The notes beneath the pieces are model-generated. The model was not told where the DNA came from, made no database searches, and was given only the letters and a program-made list of their open reading frames with translations. A stretch of 64,000 nucleotides of DNA, from IMG/VR virus record IMGVR_UViG_2903589935_000002, positions 6,066-70,065 of that record; one strand, 5' to 3'. Shown here piece after piece: positions 36,334 to 45,897 of this stretch (position 1 is its first letter; each line of letters opens with the position of its first letter). Source of the stretch: a virus (lineage: Duplodnaviria; Caudoviricetes). Made by a program: the position numbers and the translations under genes.

Positions 36334-37703
36334 CGCCGCAGGAGATGGAAGCGACCGTGCTGAGCGGCCTGCTGGTTGGCGGTGCCATACCTGACGCGCT
36401 GGACGTAATTGCGACCATGCCCGAGGACGCTTTCAGCATCCGGTTTTACCGCGAGGCCTACCGGGAAATTAAAAAACAGGCGCTGACGCACGGTGTGATC
36501 GACGTGGTGCTGATCAGCGAGGCGCTCGGCGGCGATAGCCTGGCTTCGCTGGTGGAAGTCAGCCGCATGCCAGGCACGCTGGCCAACCTGAAAGGCTTCG
36601 CGACGCTGGCAACCAAGGGCTGGCGCAGCCGCCAAATGGCCACGCTGCTGCAAGATGGCGCCGATAGCATCCGCAACGCCAGAAACCAAGAGCAGCGCGA
36701 CGCGGCGATCCAGTCGGCAGTAAGCAAGCTGATTGAAATGTCTGCCGATACCGGCGGCGTGGTGCCGGTGCACCTGGGCGAGCTGCTGGGCGGTTACATG
36801 GACTTGATGGATCGCCGCATGAATGGCGACGCTGAAATGCGCAACCTGCACAGCGGCATTGCTGAGCTGGACGCGATTACCGGCAGCTGGAACCCGCAAG
36901 ATCTGATCGTTGTCGCCGGCCGCCCGGGTATGGGTAAAACCGAATTTGCGTTGAAGGTGATCGAGGGCGCTACGCGCGACGGCGGCGGGGCACTGATTTT
37001 CAGCATGGAAATGGCGGCGCTGCAGATGGTAGAGCGTTCAGTTGCCGGGGCCGGAAACCTGTCCGTGTCGAAGCTGCGCAAGCCGGAATCGCTCTGTGAC
37101 GAGGACTGGGGGCGGATACACACGGCGCTCGAGGTGCTGAACAACCGCGACATCTGGATTGTTGACGCCACCGATCTCAACGTTGACCAGATCCGCGCTA
37201 TAACCGAAACGCACAAACGCCGCTACCCGCACTTGGCGGTCGCCATGGTCGATTATCTGGGCCTGATCGCCAAGCCCAAAGCAGAGCGCAATGATCTGGC
37301 CATGGGCCATATTTCCCGCAGCCTGAAAACCATGGCCATGCGGAGCAAAACGCCGGTGCTGGCGCTGAGCCAGTTATCGCGGAAAGTCGATGATCGTCCG
37401 GTCACCGCCCGGCGGCCGACAATGTCCGACCTCAGCGAGTCCGGCAGGATTGAGCAGGACGCCGACAGCATCGTGTTGCTGTACCGTGACGGGGTTTATA
37501 ACCCGGACGGACCGGCGGCGCGCTACGCAGAAATCATCGTTGGTAAAAACCGATTCGGCCCCTGTGGCACAGTTTACCAGGAGTTTAAAAACGGCCACTT
37601 CGTCGCCTGCGATCAGGTAGTGGCAGAGGAGGCAACCCGCATTCAGAAGGAGGCACAGCAACCCAAACCGAAAGAACGACGTTACGCGACAAAGCCATTT
37701 TAA
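36330..37703 (+). CDS. DnaB-like replicative helicase
   Basis: AGRPGMGKT, FSMEM, VDYLGL, LSQLSR, IEQDAD, KNRFG. Confidence 0.95.
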   Translation: MTPQEMEATVLSGLLVGGAIPDALDVIATMPEDAFSIRFYREAYREIKKQALTHGVIDVVLISEALGGDSLASLVEVSRMPGTLANLKGFATLATKGWRSRQMATLLQDGADSIRNARNQEQRDAAIQSAVSKLIEMSADTGGVVPVHLGELLGGYMDLMDRRMNGDAEMRNLHSGIAELDAITGSWNPQDLIVVAGRPGMGKTEFALKVIEGATRDGGGALIFSMEMAALQMVERSVAGAGNLSVSKLRKPESLCDEDWGRIHTALEVLNNRDIWIVDATDLNVDQIRAITETHKRRYPHLAVAMVDYLGLIAKPKAERNDLAMGHISRSLKTMAMRSKTPVLALSQLSRKVDDRPVTARRPTMSDLSESGRIEQDADSIVLLYRDGVYNPDGPAARYAEIIVGKNRFGPCGTVYQEFKNGHFVACDQVVAEEATRIQKEAQQPKPKERRYATKPF

Positions 37704-37746
37704 CCGGCGCCTGACCAGCGCTTGAACGACCAAACGAGGAAAGACC

Positions 37747-38169
37747 ATGAGCACTATCAACGAAATGATCCGCGATAAGCGGTTTGTGATGGATGACGGC
37801 TGCGACCACTTGCCGGCCATCATGGACAGAATCAACCAGGCGGCCAGAGCCCGTTCTCGCGCGCCGTACTGCCCACCTCCGAAACCCCAGCGCGTCGCCC
37901 GGCCGGCAGCAGAATCCGGCCCGATCGTCAAAATCGGTGACCGTATCAGCTACGGCCGCCGGGTGATGACCGGTATCTACGAGCTGCAGCGCCTGGGGCG
38001 CTCTCCCGAAAGCATCGCGCTGATGCTCCGCATGCCCCTCGATCGGGTGCTGCACATCCTGAAGCCTATAACGGCCGTACGCCGCGAGATACAGAAAAGC
38101 GTGGCAAGTGGGTTACCCCCACGCGAAAAAGACGTCATGCGCCGTCTGGCGGCCGAATCGAGGGCATAA
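37747..38169 (+). CDS. Hypothetical protein, possible HTH
   Basis: GAGGAAAGACC RBS; GRSPESIALMLRMPLDRV. Confidence 0.7.
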   Translation: MSTINEMIRDKRFVMDDGCDHLPAIMDRINQAARARSRAPYCPPPKPQRVARPAAESGPIVKIGDRISYGRRVMTGIYELQRLGRSPESIALMLRMPLDRVLHILKPITAVRREIQKSVASGLPPREKDVMRRLAAESRA

Positions 38170-38172
38170 ACC

Positions 38173-38418
38173 ATGGCCGGGCAATCGGACTATCTACCGC
38201 CCGGCCTGCCATTCAATCGAGGCGCCTGGACGCAGGAACAACGCGATTTAGAGCAGTTCGACCTGCGCGCCTGTGGCCTGGTACGCGATTTATTCGCGAG
38301 GAAGATCACCCGCACCAAGGTGCTGGTGGCGATTGAAGAGGCGCCGGAGCAATACCGGGAACATTTCAGAGCACGCCTGAATTACTGGCGTGATCGCAGA
38401 GAGGGTAAGGAACAATGA
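38173..38418 (+). CDS. Hypothetical protein
   Basis: 81 aa coupled ORF. Confidence 0.65.
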   Translation: MAGQSDYLPPGLPFNRGAWTQEQRDLEQFDLRACGLVRDLFARKITRTKVLVAIEEAPEQYREHFRARLNYWRDRREGKEQ

Positions 38419-38528
38419 CACATTTCAAAGGCTGGGCGATCAACAACCCGTGGGCGGCGCTGTTCTATGCATGCGCGATTTTCTGGGTGGCAGTAGCGGC
38501 GGCCGTCGCTTTGGCGGTGCTGTTATGA
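38415..38528 (+). CDS. Small membrane protein, 37 aa (not in ORF track)
   Basis: AAGGA SD; MTHFKGWAINNPWAALFYACAIFWVAVAAAVALAVLL; ATGA overlaps at both ends. Confidence 0.55.
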   Translation: MTHFKGWAINNPWAALFYACAIFWVAVAAAVALAVLL

Positions 38529-39061
38529 ACGTTAAGTTGACAGAGATAAAAAACAACGGCACCCCATGGCTCAAAATTCCAGCAGATGGAAGCCAGATAA
38601 AGTTCACAGGAAACGCAGATGAGGCGGCAAAGGAGTTTTTCAACGCCCTGATTCGAGTGCGTGACGGATATATCTCAGCACTGAAGGCTGAGCGCGATGC
38701 GCAGCAGAAACGAGCCGATGCGCTGGCTGTGGAGAATGCGGCGCTGAAGTCTAAAGCCGCCGAGCTAGTGCATGAAGCATCTGAAGTCTACTCGGCATAC
38801 AACGCCACAATCAAAGATCCAGACGGTAACTTCATGGATATGCAGACGCTGTATGAAATGAAGTGTATCCAAACCCCGACCACTGACGCAGCACTTGCAG
38901 CTATCCGGGCGCAGGGAGTGGAGAAGCTCATCAAGCTGAAGATGGAACAGCTTGCCAACATGCATCCAGACACCCACGCATTTGGCGCTACAGCCGAGTC
39001 TCTACGCTCTCAGATTAACGAGTTGCAAGCATTCGCAGCCGCACTTCGGGAGGCCAAATGA
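38525..39061 (+). CDS. Ea/ead-type accessory protein
   Basis: LAVENAALK..TPTTDAALAAIRAQGVE motifs; start moved to MNVKL. Confidence 0.65.
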   Translation: MNVKLTEIKNNGTPWLKIPADGSQIKFTGNADEAAKEFFNALIRVRDGYISALKAERDAQQKRADALAVENAALKSKAAELVHEASEVYSAYNATIKDPDGNFMDMQTLYEMKCIQTPTTDAALAAIRAQGVEKLIKLKMEQLANMHPDTHAFGATAESLRSQINELQAFAAALREAK

Positions 39062-39573
39062 AAGAGCGCCCAGTGATGCCAGCACTCGAAGGCAAAAGCA
39101 TTCTCGACATGTGCTGCGGCTCCCGCATGTTCTGGTTAGACAAACAGGACGAACGCGCGGTGTTCATGGATAAGCGTAGCGAAAAACATACTCTTTGCGA
39201 TGGCCGTCCACTGGTGATCTCCCCTGACCTGATCGCCGACTTCACCGCGCTGCCTTTCGCCGATTGCACCTTCCCGGTTGTCGTGTTCGATCCGCCGCAC
39301 CTGGAACGCGTCGGCCTCAACGGATGGCAGGGAAAAAAGTACGGGAAGCTCGACCGCGAAACATGGCGCGATGAACTGCGCGACGGGTTCACTGAAGCTT
39401 TTCGCGTGTTGCGGCCACACGGCGTTCTGATCTTCAAATGGAACGAAACCCAGATACCTGTTAGCCAAGTCATCGCTCTAACAGACGAGAAGCCGGCTAT
39501 CTGGCAACGCACAGGTAAGGGTGACAAAACGCACTGGATTATCTTCGTGAAGGGGTCTGGCAATGGCGAATGA
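39058..39573 (+). CDS. SAM-dependent (probable DNA amino-) methyltransferase
   Basis: ILDMCCGSRM motif I, FDPPH motif IV. Confidence 0.8.
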   Translation: MKERPVMPALEGKSILDMCCGSRMFWLDKQDERAVFMDKRSEKHTLCDGRPLVISPDLIADFTALPFADCTFPVVVFDPPHLERVGLNGWQGKKYGKLDRETWRDELRDGFTEAFRVLRPHGVLIFKWNETQIPVSQVIALTDEKPAIWQRTGKGDKTHWIIFVKGSGNGE

Positions 39574-39790
39574 ACTGAAGCCTGGCTTCATCACCGGCAC
39601 CACAAATCATGATGAGGTGCCTCATGTCCGCTGCGCTATCTGCGATGGATATTACAAGGCAGATGAGCCCGAAGATCATCAATGTGTGGAGCCAGAAACC
39701 GCAACCTGTCCAGGGTGTGGAAAGCATGGAGAGTCGAACCAAAAAGACGGCGGGTTCTACTGCTACGGCAGTGACCGTTGCTGTCCATAG
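39563..39790 (+). CDS. Cys-rich hypothetical protein
   Basis: CAIC, CPGC and further Cys residues. Confidence 0.55.
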   Translation: MANELKPGFITGTTNHDEVPHVRCAICDGYYKADEPEDHQCVEPETATCPGCGKHGESNQKDGGFYCYGSDRCCP

Positions 39791-39807
39791 ACCCAGGAGA
39801 AAGCACA

Positions 39808-40017
39808 ATGAGCAAGACACAGATGCAGTATGCCAACCGAGCTTGGCGTAAGGCTACCGCCAATTGGGGCATGAACAAAAAGGCACATCGCGACTTTTGC
39901 CGCGAGAACGCAGCGATAACCGTAGATGTTCATACCTCCGAGGGTTTCGACCTATTTCTGAACCAGGACGATGCCGATTATGCGGTGCGCGAAGAACTAA
40001 CGTACTGGGGTGATTGA
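39808..40017 (+). CDS. Hypothetical protein
   Basis: AGGAG SD before MSKTQ. Confidence 0.6.
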   Translation: MSKTQMQYANRAWRKATANWGMNKKAHRDFCRENAAITVDVHTSEGFDLFLNQDDADYAVREELTYWGD

Positions 40018-40370
40018 TGGACAATAAGCTGAGCGAACTGAGCAAGCCGGTTGCAGAAATTAAATGCCACGAAGACTTATCACTGAGCATTGTTAACGTG
40101 CGAGATGGATTCAGTCTTGGGCGTCATCCGGTCTACTCGCAAGAGTACGTCTCCGCCCTGCAACACGAATCCGCGGTTAACTGGGAAGCGGCAGCATCAC
40201 TGAATGTTGAAAACCAGGAGCTGAAAAAGCGCATCACCGAGCTGGAAGCCGTTAAAGCAGACGCATCTCAGGTCTTCAAAGAAATCGGCAACGAACTGGG
40301 CTGCAATCCCGACAACGAGTCGATCATGATGGCTATCGATGCACTGAAAGCGCCGGAGGGTGGCAAATAG
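40014..40370 (+). CDS. Ea22-like accessory protein
   Basis: MDNKLSELSKPVA..VYSQEYVSAL, coiled coil. Confidence 0.6.
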   Translation: MMDNKLSELSKPVAEIKCHEDLSLSIVNVRDGFSLGRHPVYSQEYVSALQHESAVNWEAAASLNVENQELKKRITELEAVKADASQVFKEIGNELGCNPDNESIMMAIDALKAPEGGK

Positions 40371-40484
40371 CATTACAGGTGGCATTCACTGAGTGCCACC
40401 GATAATGCGATAATTAATCTGTGGCTAGATCCCCGAAAATCGGCCTGCCACAGCTAATATTAACGAGCAAACAGGAGGGGTGTT

Positions 40485-40697
40485 TTGGACGAATTTAAAA
40501 GCCAGTGGATTAGTGTTGATGCCCGTCTTCCTGAAAACCAGAAAGACAGATGGTCGAAAGATGTAATCGCGCTCAGTGATTCCGGGGATGTATTCAGGCT
40601 GGCCTGCATGGGTGGGTACTGGCAAAGAACCAAGGCGTTTATAGAATCAGGCTCAACCAAGATAACTCACTGGATGCCACTGGTATATCCAGATTAA
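40485..40697 (+). CDS. DUF551-like protein
   Basis: WISVDARLPE..ITHWMPL. Confidence 0.7.
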   Translation: MDEFKSQWISVDARLPENQKDRWSKDVIALSDSGDVFRLACMGGYWQRTKAFIESGSTKITHWMPLVYPD

Positions 40698-40780
40698 GAA
40701 TAGGTCGCTATGGCGGCCTTTTTCATTCCAACGACGGCATAAAGTGATTTGGCTTTTGTTTGACGCGCCACACAAAACCA

Positions 40781-40796
40781 CTGTACGCATAAACAG
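40781..40796. promoter_or_regulatory. LexA (SOS) box
   Basis: CTGT-acgcataa-ACAG in an intergenic region upstream of 40852. Confidence 0.75.
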
Positions 40797-40851
40797 TATT
40801 TTTGTGTCATAATCTTCCCGTGAGATTTGTTGTGCCAGGGAGTAAACAAAA

Positions 40852-41043
40852 ATGATTATAGAACAAGAAATTATAAACAATTTACCATCTGACGGGCGCG
40901 TGCTGTTGAGGTGTGAAGGAGGCCGAATAACGAGCGCGCGAAAACTGCGAGATAACGAGCACGTGGCATCACTTAGCGCGTTGATTGATATAGCTAAACA
41001 GTCTGGTTATTCGGTTGTTTCACCGGACGGTATTGCGCTATAA
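40852..41043 (+). CDS. Hypothetical protein, probably SOS-inducible
   Basis: GGAG SD; follows the LexA box. Confidence 0.65.
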   Translation: MIIEQEIINNLPSDGRVLLRCEGGRITSARKLRDNEHVASLSALIDIAKQSGYSVVSPDGIAL

Positions 41044-41113
41044 TTAGTGGGCTGGACTGAACACCCAGCACACCATAAATCTGAACAACTGCTGCGCTAC
41101 TGGAGAGCACCCA

Positions 41114-41713
41114 ATGGCGCAGTATTCGTTTGTAAAATCCGCAGGAAATTTGTTAGTGCCGGCCACTCCGGACGCGATCGAATTCCTGAAAACCAAAGTG
41201 AAGATCGGCGCCGTCCTGTCTGCCGATTTTAGCCAGGCTCGCAACCCGGCATTTCACCGTAAATATTTCTCCCTGCTGAATCTCGGCTTCCAGTATTGGG
41301 AACCGACCGGCGGAGCCATATCGCCGACCGACAAAGAGCTGATCACAGGTTACGTGAAATTCCTCGCGTATTACGCCGGGAACGAAAGCACGTTGCAGGC
41401 AGCCGCCGACGAGTATCTGCAGGATGTGGCAGAAAAGCGCGCTGGGAATATCAGCGCCGCAAAATCGTTCGAGGCATTCCGTGCCTGGGTAACGATCCAA
41501 TCTGGCCATTACACCGCATACCAGATGCCGGATGGCAGCGAGCGCAAAGAACCACGCAGCGTATCGTTCGCCAAAATGGACGATATCGAGTTCGCCCAGC
41601 TCTACAAAGCCACAATCGACGTGCTCTGGAATTTCATCCTGTTCCGCCCGTTCCCTAATCAGCAGGCTGCAGAAAACGCCGCCTCCCAACTGCTCAGCTA
41701 CACGACGGCATAG
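41114..41713 (+). CDS. DUF1367 family protein
   Basis: RNPAFHRKYFSLLNLGFQYWEP..SVSFAKMD. Confidence 0.85.
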   Translation: MAQYSFVKSAGNLLVPATPDAIEFLKTKVKIGAVLSADFSQARNPAFHRKYFSLLNLGFQYWEPTGGAISPTDKELITGYVKFLAYYAGNESTLQAAADEYLQDVAEKRAGNISAAKSFEAFRAWVTIQSGHYTAYQMPDGSERKEPRSVSFAKMDDIEFAQLYKATIDVLWNFILFRPFPNQQAAENAASQLLSYTTA

Positions 41714-41721
41714 GGGGAACT

Positions 41722-42027
41722 ATGGCGACCAAAGACGAAAAGCAATGGTTATCCGACGTGGCAGATCTTGGCTGCGTAGTCTGCCGCAATCTGGGTTACG
41801 GACCATCCCCTGCAGAAATACACCATATCCGCACAGGACAGGGAACAGCACAGCGCGCCACCCATAAGCAAACCCTCCCATTATGCCCACCACATCACCG
41901 CACTGGCGGCCACGGTGTAGCCGTACACGCAGGAAGGAAAACATGGGAGAAAAATTACGGCACTGAGCTGGAATTGCTCGATCAGGTTAATCGGGAAGTG
42001 GAGGAATTGCGCGAATGCAGAATTTAA
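41722..42027 (+). CDS. Ref-family HNH nuclease
   Basis: GCVVC..AEIHH..LPLCPPHH..WEKNYG. Confidence 0.8.
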   Translation: MATKDEKQWLSDVADLGCVVCRNLGYGPSPAEIHHIRTGQGTAQRATHKQTLPLCPPHHRTGGHGVAVHAGRKTWEKNYGTELELLDQVNREVEELRECRI

Positions 42028-42181
42028 TCCTATCCCTAAGACCAGCAGGAAATAGCGAAAAGTCACAGGGCGCCCAGCGGTTGAAAAGAATAAAATCCTG
42101 TTTGGCTCATCTTCTTGCAATGGCCGGCGGCGTGTTCGTCTCTCTCTATGCTCGCGCACGCGCGCGTTTAGGGAGCTGATC

Positions 42182-42478
42182 ATGCCGCTCGTCGCAACAT
42201 TCCGCACAGACTGGTTTCGCGTAATTACCGATATCAACCGCACCCGTATGGCAACGCAGAGCATCGCCGAGGAATTGGGCGTGTCGAAATCTGCCGTTCT
42301 CGGCTGGAAGTCGGGATCTGAACCGCGTCACGGCGACGGGGAGGCGCTGATCGCTCTCTGGTGCCAGGCGACAGGCTCAGACCGTGGCAGCCTGCCGACG
42401 GTGCTTTACCGGCAATGGTGGACGTTTAAGCGCCCGGTAATTGGTCGGGAATCCGACCGCAAGCAGGGCAGACAATGA
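42182..42478 (+). CDS. HTH protein, candidate late-gene activator
   Basis: TQSIAEELGVSKSAVLGWKSG HTH; sits where lambdoid Q would be. Confidence 0.7.
   Translation: MPLVATFRTDWFRVITDINRTRMATQSIAEELGVSKSAVLGWKSGSEPRHGDGEALIALWCQATGSDRGSLPTVLYRQWWTFKRPVIGRESDRKQGRQ
42443..42476 (+). promoter_or_regulatory. Late promoter box 1
   Basis: GGTCGG-gaat-CCGACC, N12, GACAAT. Confidence 0.7.
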
Positions 42479-42506
42479 CCGCTCAACAATCCAAGGAGTA
42501 AACGCA

Positions 42507-42986
42507 ATGGCTCGACCACGTAAAAATCTCGAGGTGCCTGGACAGGAAAACCAACAGCCGAAAGAAAACGCCACTGACGCGGTGCTGTTGAATTCTGTCG
42601 TGCAACAACCAGCAAACACGCCTGAACAGCTGAACGACGCCACCGCTGGCGCAACGGTGATTACCGCAGGCGATGACAAATCGGCGATTGTGCAGCAGCG
42701 CGTCGCAAAGCTGCTCGACGGCGCAGCACTGGAAGAGCGCAACGCGATTCTTTCCGGGCTAAACGAGCGGGGCGCCGCCGTTATCGCTCGATTTGAGGCG
42801 CTGGAGTTCCTTGACGCTGACGATCGCAGCCTGACCGACAACCTTGAATTCATCACTCTGGTGAAGAAGGCCACCGACGTGGCTACCGGCGGCGCTGGCC
42901 CGATGGTGACGAACGAAGAGGGCAAGAAGCAGCCGGCACCGGGCAAACCTGTTTTAACCGAACACGGCTGGCACGTACCAGGCTAA
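42507..42986 (+). CDS. Hypothetical protein, first late gene
   Basis: AAGGAG SD before MARPRK. Confidence 0.7.
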   Translation: MARPRKNLEVPGQENQQPKENATDAVLLNSVVQQPANTPEQLNDATAGATVITAGDDKSAIVQQRVAKLLDGAALEERNAILSGLNERGAAVIARFEALEFLDADDRSLTDNLEFITLVKKATDVATGGAGPMVTNEEGKKQPAPGKPVLTEHGWHVPG

Positions 42987-42996
42987 GGAAATCGCG

Positions 42997-43215
42997 ATGT
43001 GTGGATCGACACCGAAAGTTGTTCAGAGCGACCCGCAGGCCGAGGCAGACGCAGCAGCCGACGCCGCGGCTAAAGCCTCAAACGCCGACGCGGCAAGCCG
43101 CAAGAAGCGCAAAAAGGGCTCGTCATTGCTGGCCAGTGGCGCACAGGGCGCGGCCGACTCCGGCGACTCGCTGCTCGCAAGCGGTGCGCAGGGCAAACCA
43201 ACGCTGGGAGCGTGA
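42997..43215 (+). CDS. Small virion protein upstream of portal
   Basis: MCG start, KRKKGSSLL..LG pattern typical of pre-portal podovirus genes. Confidence 0.7.
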   Translation: MCGSTPKVVQSDPQAEADAAADAAAKASNADAASRKKRKKGSSLLASGAQGAADSGDSLLASGAQGKPTLGA

Positions 43216-44841
43216 TTGATGGACGACACCGCCGCAAGGCTGATTAAACGCGTGAACACGCTCAAAGCCACCCGGCAGATGCATGAAAGCGTCTGGCGGG
43301 AGTGCTACGACTACACGTACCCGCTGCGCGGCGCTGGCTTTTCGTCTGAGGTGCTGGACGCTCAGAGCGCTAAGCACAAGGTGGCCAAGCTGCTAGACGG
43401 CACGGCGACCGATAGCTCGCGCATGCTGGCGTCCGCTCTCATGTCCGGCATGACGCCGGCAAACGCGCAGTGGCTGAATCTCGACAGCGAATCCCTGCCG
43501 GACGACGCCAAAGCGTGGCTTTCTACCTGCGCAACGCTGGTGTGGGAAAACATCCATGCGGCCAACTTCGACGCTGAGGGCTACGAGGCAAATCTCGATG
43601 TGGTGTGCGCTGGTTGGTTTGTGCTGTACGTCGATGAAGACCGGGACGAGGGCGGCTATTCATTCCAGCAGTGGCCACTGGCGCAGTGCTACGTTGCATC
43701 GACCCGCAAGGATGGCATTGTCGATACGATTTTTCGCTGCTACCAGCTGACCGCCGAGCAGGCGATCGCCGAGTTTGGCCAAGATGCTGTAAGCGAGAAG
43801 ATCCGCGACGCCGCCAAGAAAAAGCCAGACGACAAATTTGATTTTCTGCACGCGATTTTCCCGCGCACGAATTACATGGTTAACGCGCGCCTGGCTAAAA
43901 ACCTGCGCTTCGCGTCGTACAACATCGATGTGACCGCAAAAAAAGTGGTGCGCGAATCCGGCTACCACGAATTCCCCTGCTGCGTGCCGCGCTGGATGAA
44001 AATCCCCGGCGGTTCGTACGGCATCGGCCCGGTTTATGACGCGCTGCCGGACTGCAAGGAGCTGAACGAAACCAAACGCATGGAGAAAGCCGCGCAGGAC
44101 TTGGCGATCTCCGGCATGTGGATCGCCGAGGATGACGGCGTGCTTAACCCTCGCACCGTCAAGGTGGGGCCGCGCCGCATCATCGTGGCCAACAGCGTCG
44201 ACAGCATGAAACCGCTGCTGACCGGCTCAGACTTCAACGTCGCATTCACCGCTGAGGAACGTCTGCAGGCGTCAATCCGCAAAATCATGATGGCCGACCA
44301 GCTGCAGCCGCAGGATGGCCCAGCCATGACGGCCACCGAAGTGCACGTGCGCGTCGCGCTGATCCGCCAGCTGCTGGGGCCGGTGTACGGACGATTCCAG
44401 GCGGAATATCTGCAGCCGCTGGTTGAGCGCTGTTTCGGTATCGCGTTCCGTGCAGGTGTGTTCCCTGAGCCGCCGGAGAGCATGAACGCTGCCAACTTCA
44501 ACGTGCGATATATCTCGCCGCTGGCGCGCGCACAGAAGCTGGAGGACGTCACGGCGATTGAGCGTTACGCCCAGAACGTTATGCAGCTGGTGCAGGTTTA
44601 CCCGGACATTATCGACAACATGGACAGCGACGAAGCAAGCCGCGTTGTCGGCGAGGCGCTGGGTGTGCCGGCCAAGGTTATGCGCTCGTCGGCGGACGTG
44701 TCCACGCTGCGCGACCAGCGAGCTAAGGCACAGCAACAACAACAGCAACAGGCTCTGCTGATGCAGGCCGGCCAGCAGGCGGCAGGCGCTGCGGGACAGA
44801 GTGCTGGTGAAGCTATTGGCCAACAACTGGCGGGGGGCTAA
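43216..44841 (+). CDS. Portal (head-tail connector), T7 gp8/BPP-1-like
   Basis: YGIGP, MTATEV, EYLQPL, YISPLARAQ motifs. Confidence 0.92.
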   Translation: MMDDTAARLIKRVNTLKATRQMHESVWRECYDYTYPLRGAGFSSEVLDAQSAKHKVAKLLDGTATDSSRMLASALMSGMTPANAQWLNLDSESLPDDAKAWLSTCATLVWENIHAANFDAEGYEANLDVVCAGWFVLYVDEDRDEGGYSFQQWPLAQCYVASTRKDGIVDTIFRCYQLTAEQAIAEFGQDAVSEKIRDAAKKKPDDKFDFLHAIFPRTNYMVNARLAKNLRFASYNIDVTAKKVVRESGYHEFPCCVPRWMKIPGGSYGIGPVYDALPDCKELNETKRMEKAAQDLAISGMWIAEDDGVLNPRTVKVGPRRIIVANSVDSMKPLLTGSDFNVAFTAEERLQASIRKIMMADQLQPQDGPAMTATEVHVRVALIRQLLGPVYGRFQAEYLQPLVERCFGIAFRAGVFPEPPESMNAANFNVRYISPLARAQKLEDVTAIERYAQNVMQLVQVYPDIIDNMDSDEASRVVGEALGVPAKVMRSSADVSTLRDQRAKAQQQQQQQALLMQAGQQAAGAAGQSAGEAIGQQLAGG

Positions 44842-45074
44842 TGGGCATCAAGAAAGTTTCGCCACTGGATTACAAGCGGCTGTTTGAAGAGACGGCTGGC
44901 GGCGCCGAGGTGCTGGACGAATTAACCCGGCGCTTCGGTGGATCAATTTTTGTGAAGGGCGGCCCAGAGGGCGACCGCCAAACCTGTTTTAAGGCCGGGC
45001 AGCGTGACGTGCTCGATTTCATTTTGCGCCAGCTTAATCTGGCAGACGGAGTAAACGACGATGTGGAAGCTTAA
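44841..45074 (+). CDS. Bbp19-like protein
   Basis: YKRLF..GAEVLDEL..GQRDVLDFI. Confidence 0.75.
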   Translation: MGIKKVSPLDYKRLFEETAGGAEVLDELTRRFGGSIFVKGGPEGDRQTCFKAGQRDVLDFILRQLNLADGVNDDVEA

Positions 45075-45882
45075 ACACCTTTTCATGAACGCAGATGCAG
45101 GCGCTGACGCTGGGGGTAATGGTGATGCAGATAAACCAGATACTGGTGATGCTGGCGGCAATTCTCTGCTTAGCACCGGTGCCGCAGACCAGGCGGCCGA
45201 GGGTGATTTTATTCCTGAGAAGTACCGCACCAGCGGCGCTGACGGAAAATTTAACCTGCAAGACTCGGCGCGCAAGCTGGCGGATGCGTATTCGCACCTC
45301 TCCAAGCGCTTCGGCAGCGGCGACGTTCCGCCGAAAACTGTCGAAGAATATTCCCCGAAGGTAGAGGCCGAGGGCTTCAAGTGGGACGAATTCAAGGCTG
45401 ACCCTGAGATGCAGGGATTCCTCAAGGCGGCACACGCCAAGGGCATCACCAACGATCAGATGGGCTTCATCCTCGGCGAGTACATGAGCCGCGCGCCGGC
45501 GCTGGTGGGCGGTGCTGCTGAGTTGGATCAAGAGGAGGCGGCTACCGAGCTGCGCGGAACGTGGAAAACCGATGCGGAATTCCAGAAAAATATCGGGCTG
45601 GCGCACCGCGCGTTTATGTCGCTGGCCGACCCTGCTGACAAAGGCAAGATGGACGAAATCGGCAACAACCCGATGGTGATCCGCATGCTTGCGAAAATTG
45701 GCGCAGAGATGGGTGAGGATGTGCCAGTGCCTGGCGACATCAACCCAGAGGAGCAGCAGGCGATCCGCGACTTGATGAAGTCAGAGGCATACACCAACCC
45801 GAAACACGCCGACCACGAACGCGTCTCTGCGCAGGTAAAAGCGTTCTATCAGAAAACCTACGGCGACCAAGCTGTCGCATAA
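45061..45882 (+). CDS. Capsid scaffolding protein
   Basis: IPEKY, GNNPMVIRMLAKIG..ED motifs; position. Confidence 0.75.
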   Translation: MWKLKHLFMNADAGADAGGNGDADKPDTGDAGGNSLLSTGAADQAAEGDFIPEKYRTSGADGKFNLQDSARKLADAYSHLSKRFGSGDVPPKTVEEYSPKVEAEGFKWDEFKADPEMQGFLKAAHAKGITNDQMGFILGEYMSRAPALVGGAAELDQEEAATELRGTWKTDAEFQKNIGLAHRAFMSLADPADKGKMDEIGNNPMVIRMLAKIGAEMGEDVPVPGDINPEEQQAIRDLMKSEAYTNPKHADHERVSAQVKAFYQKTYGDQAVA

Positions 45883-45897
45883 TCCGAGGAAAGACCA

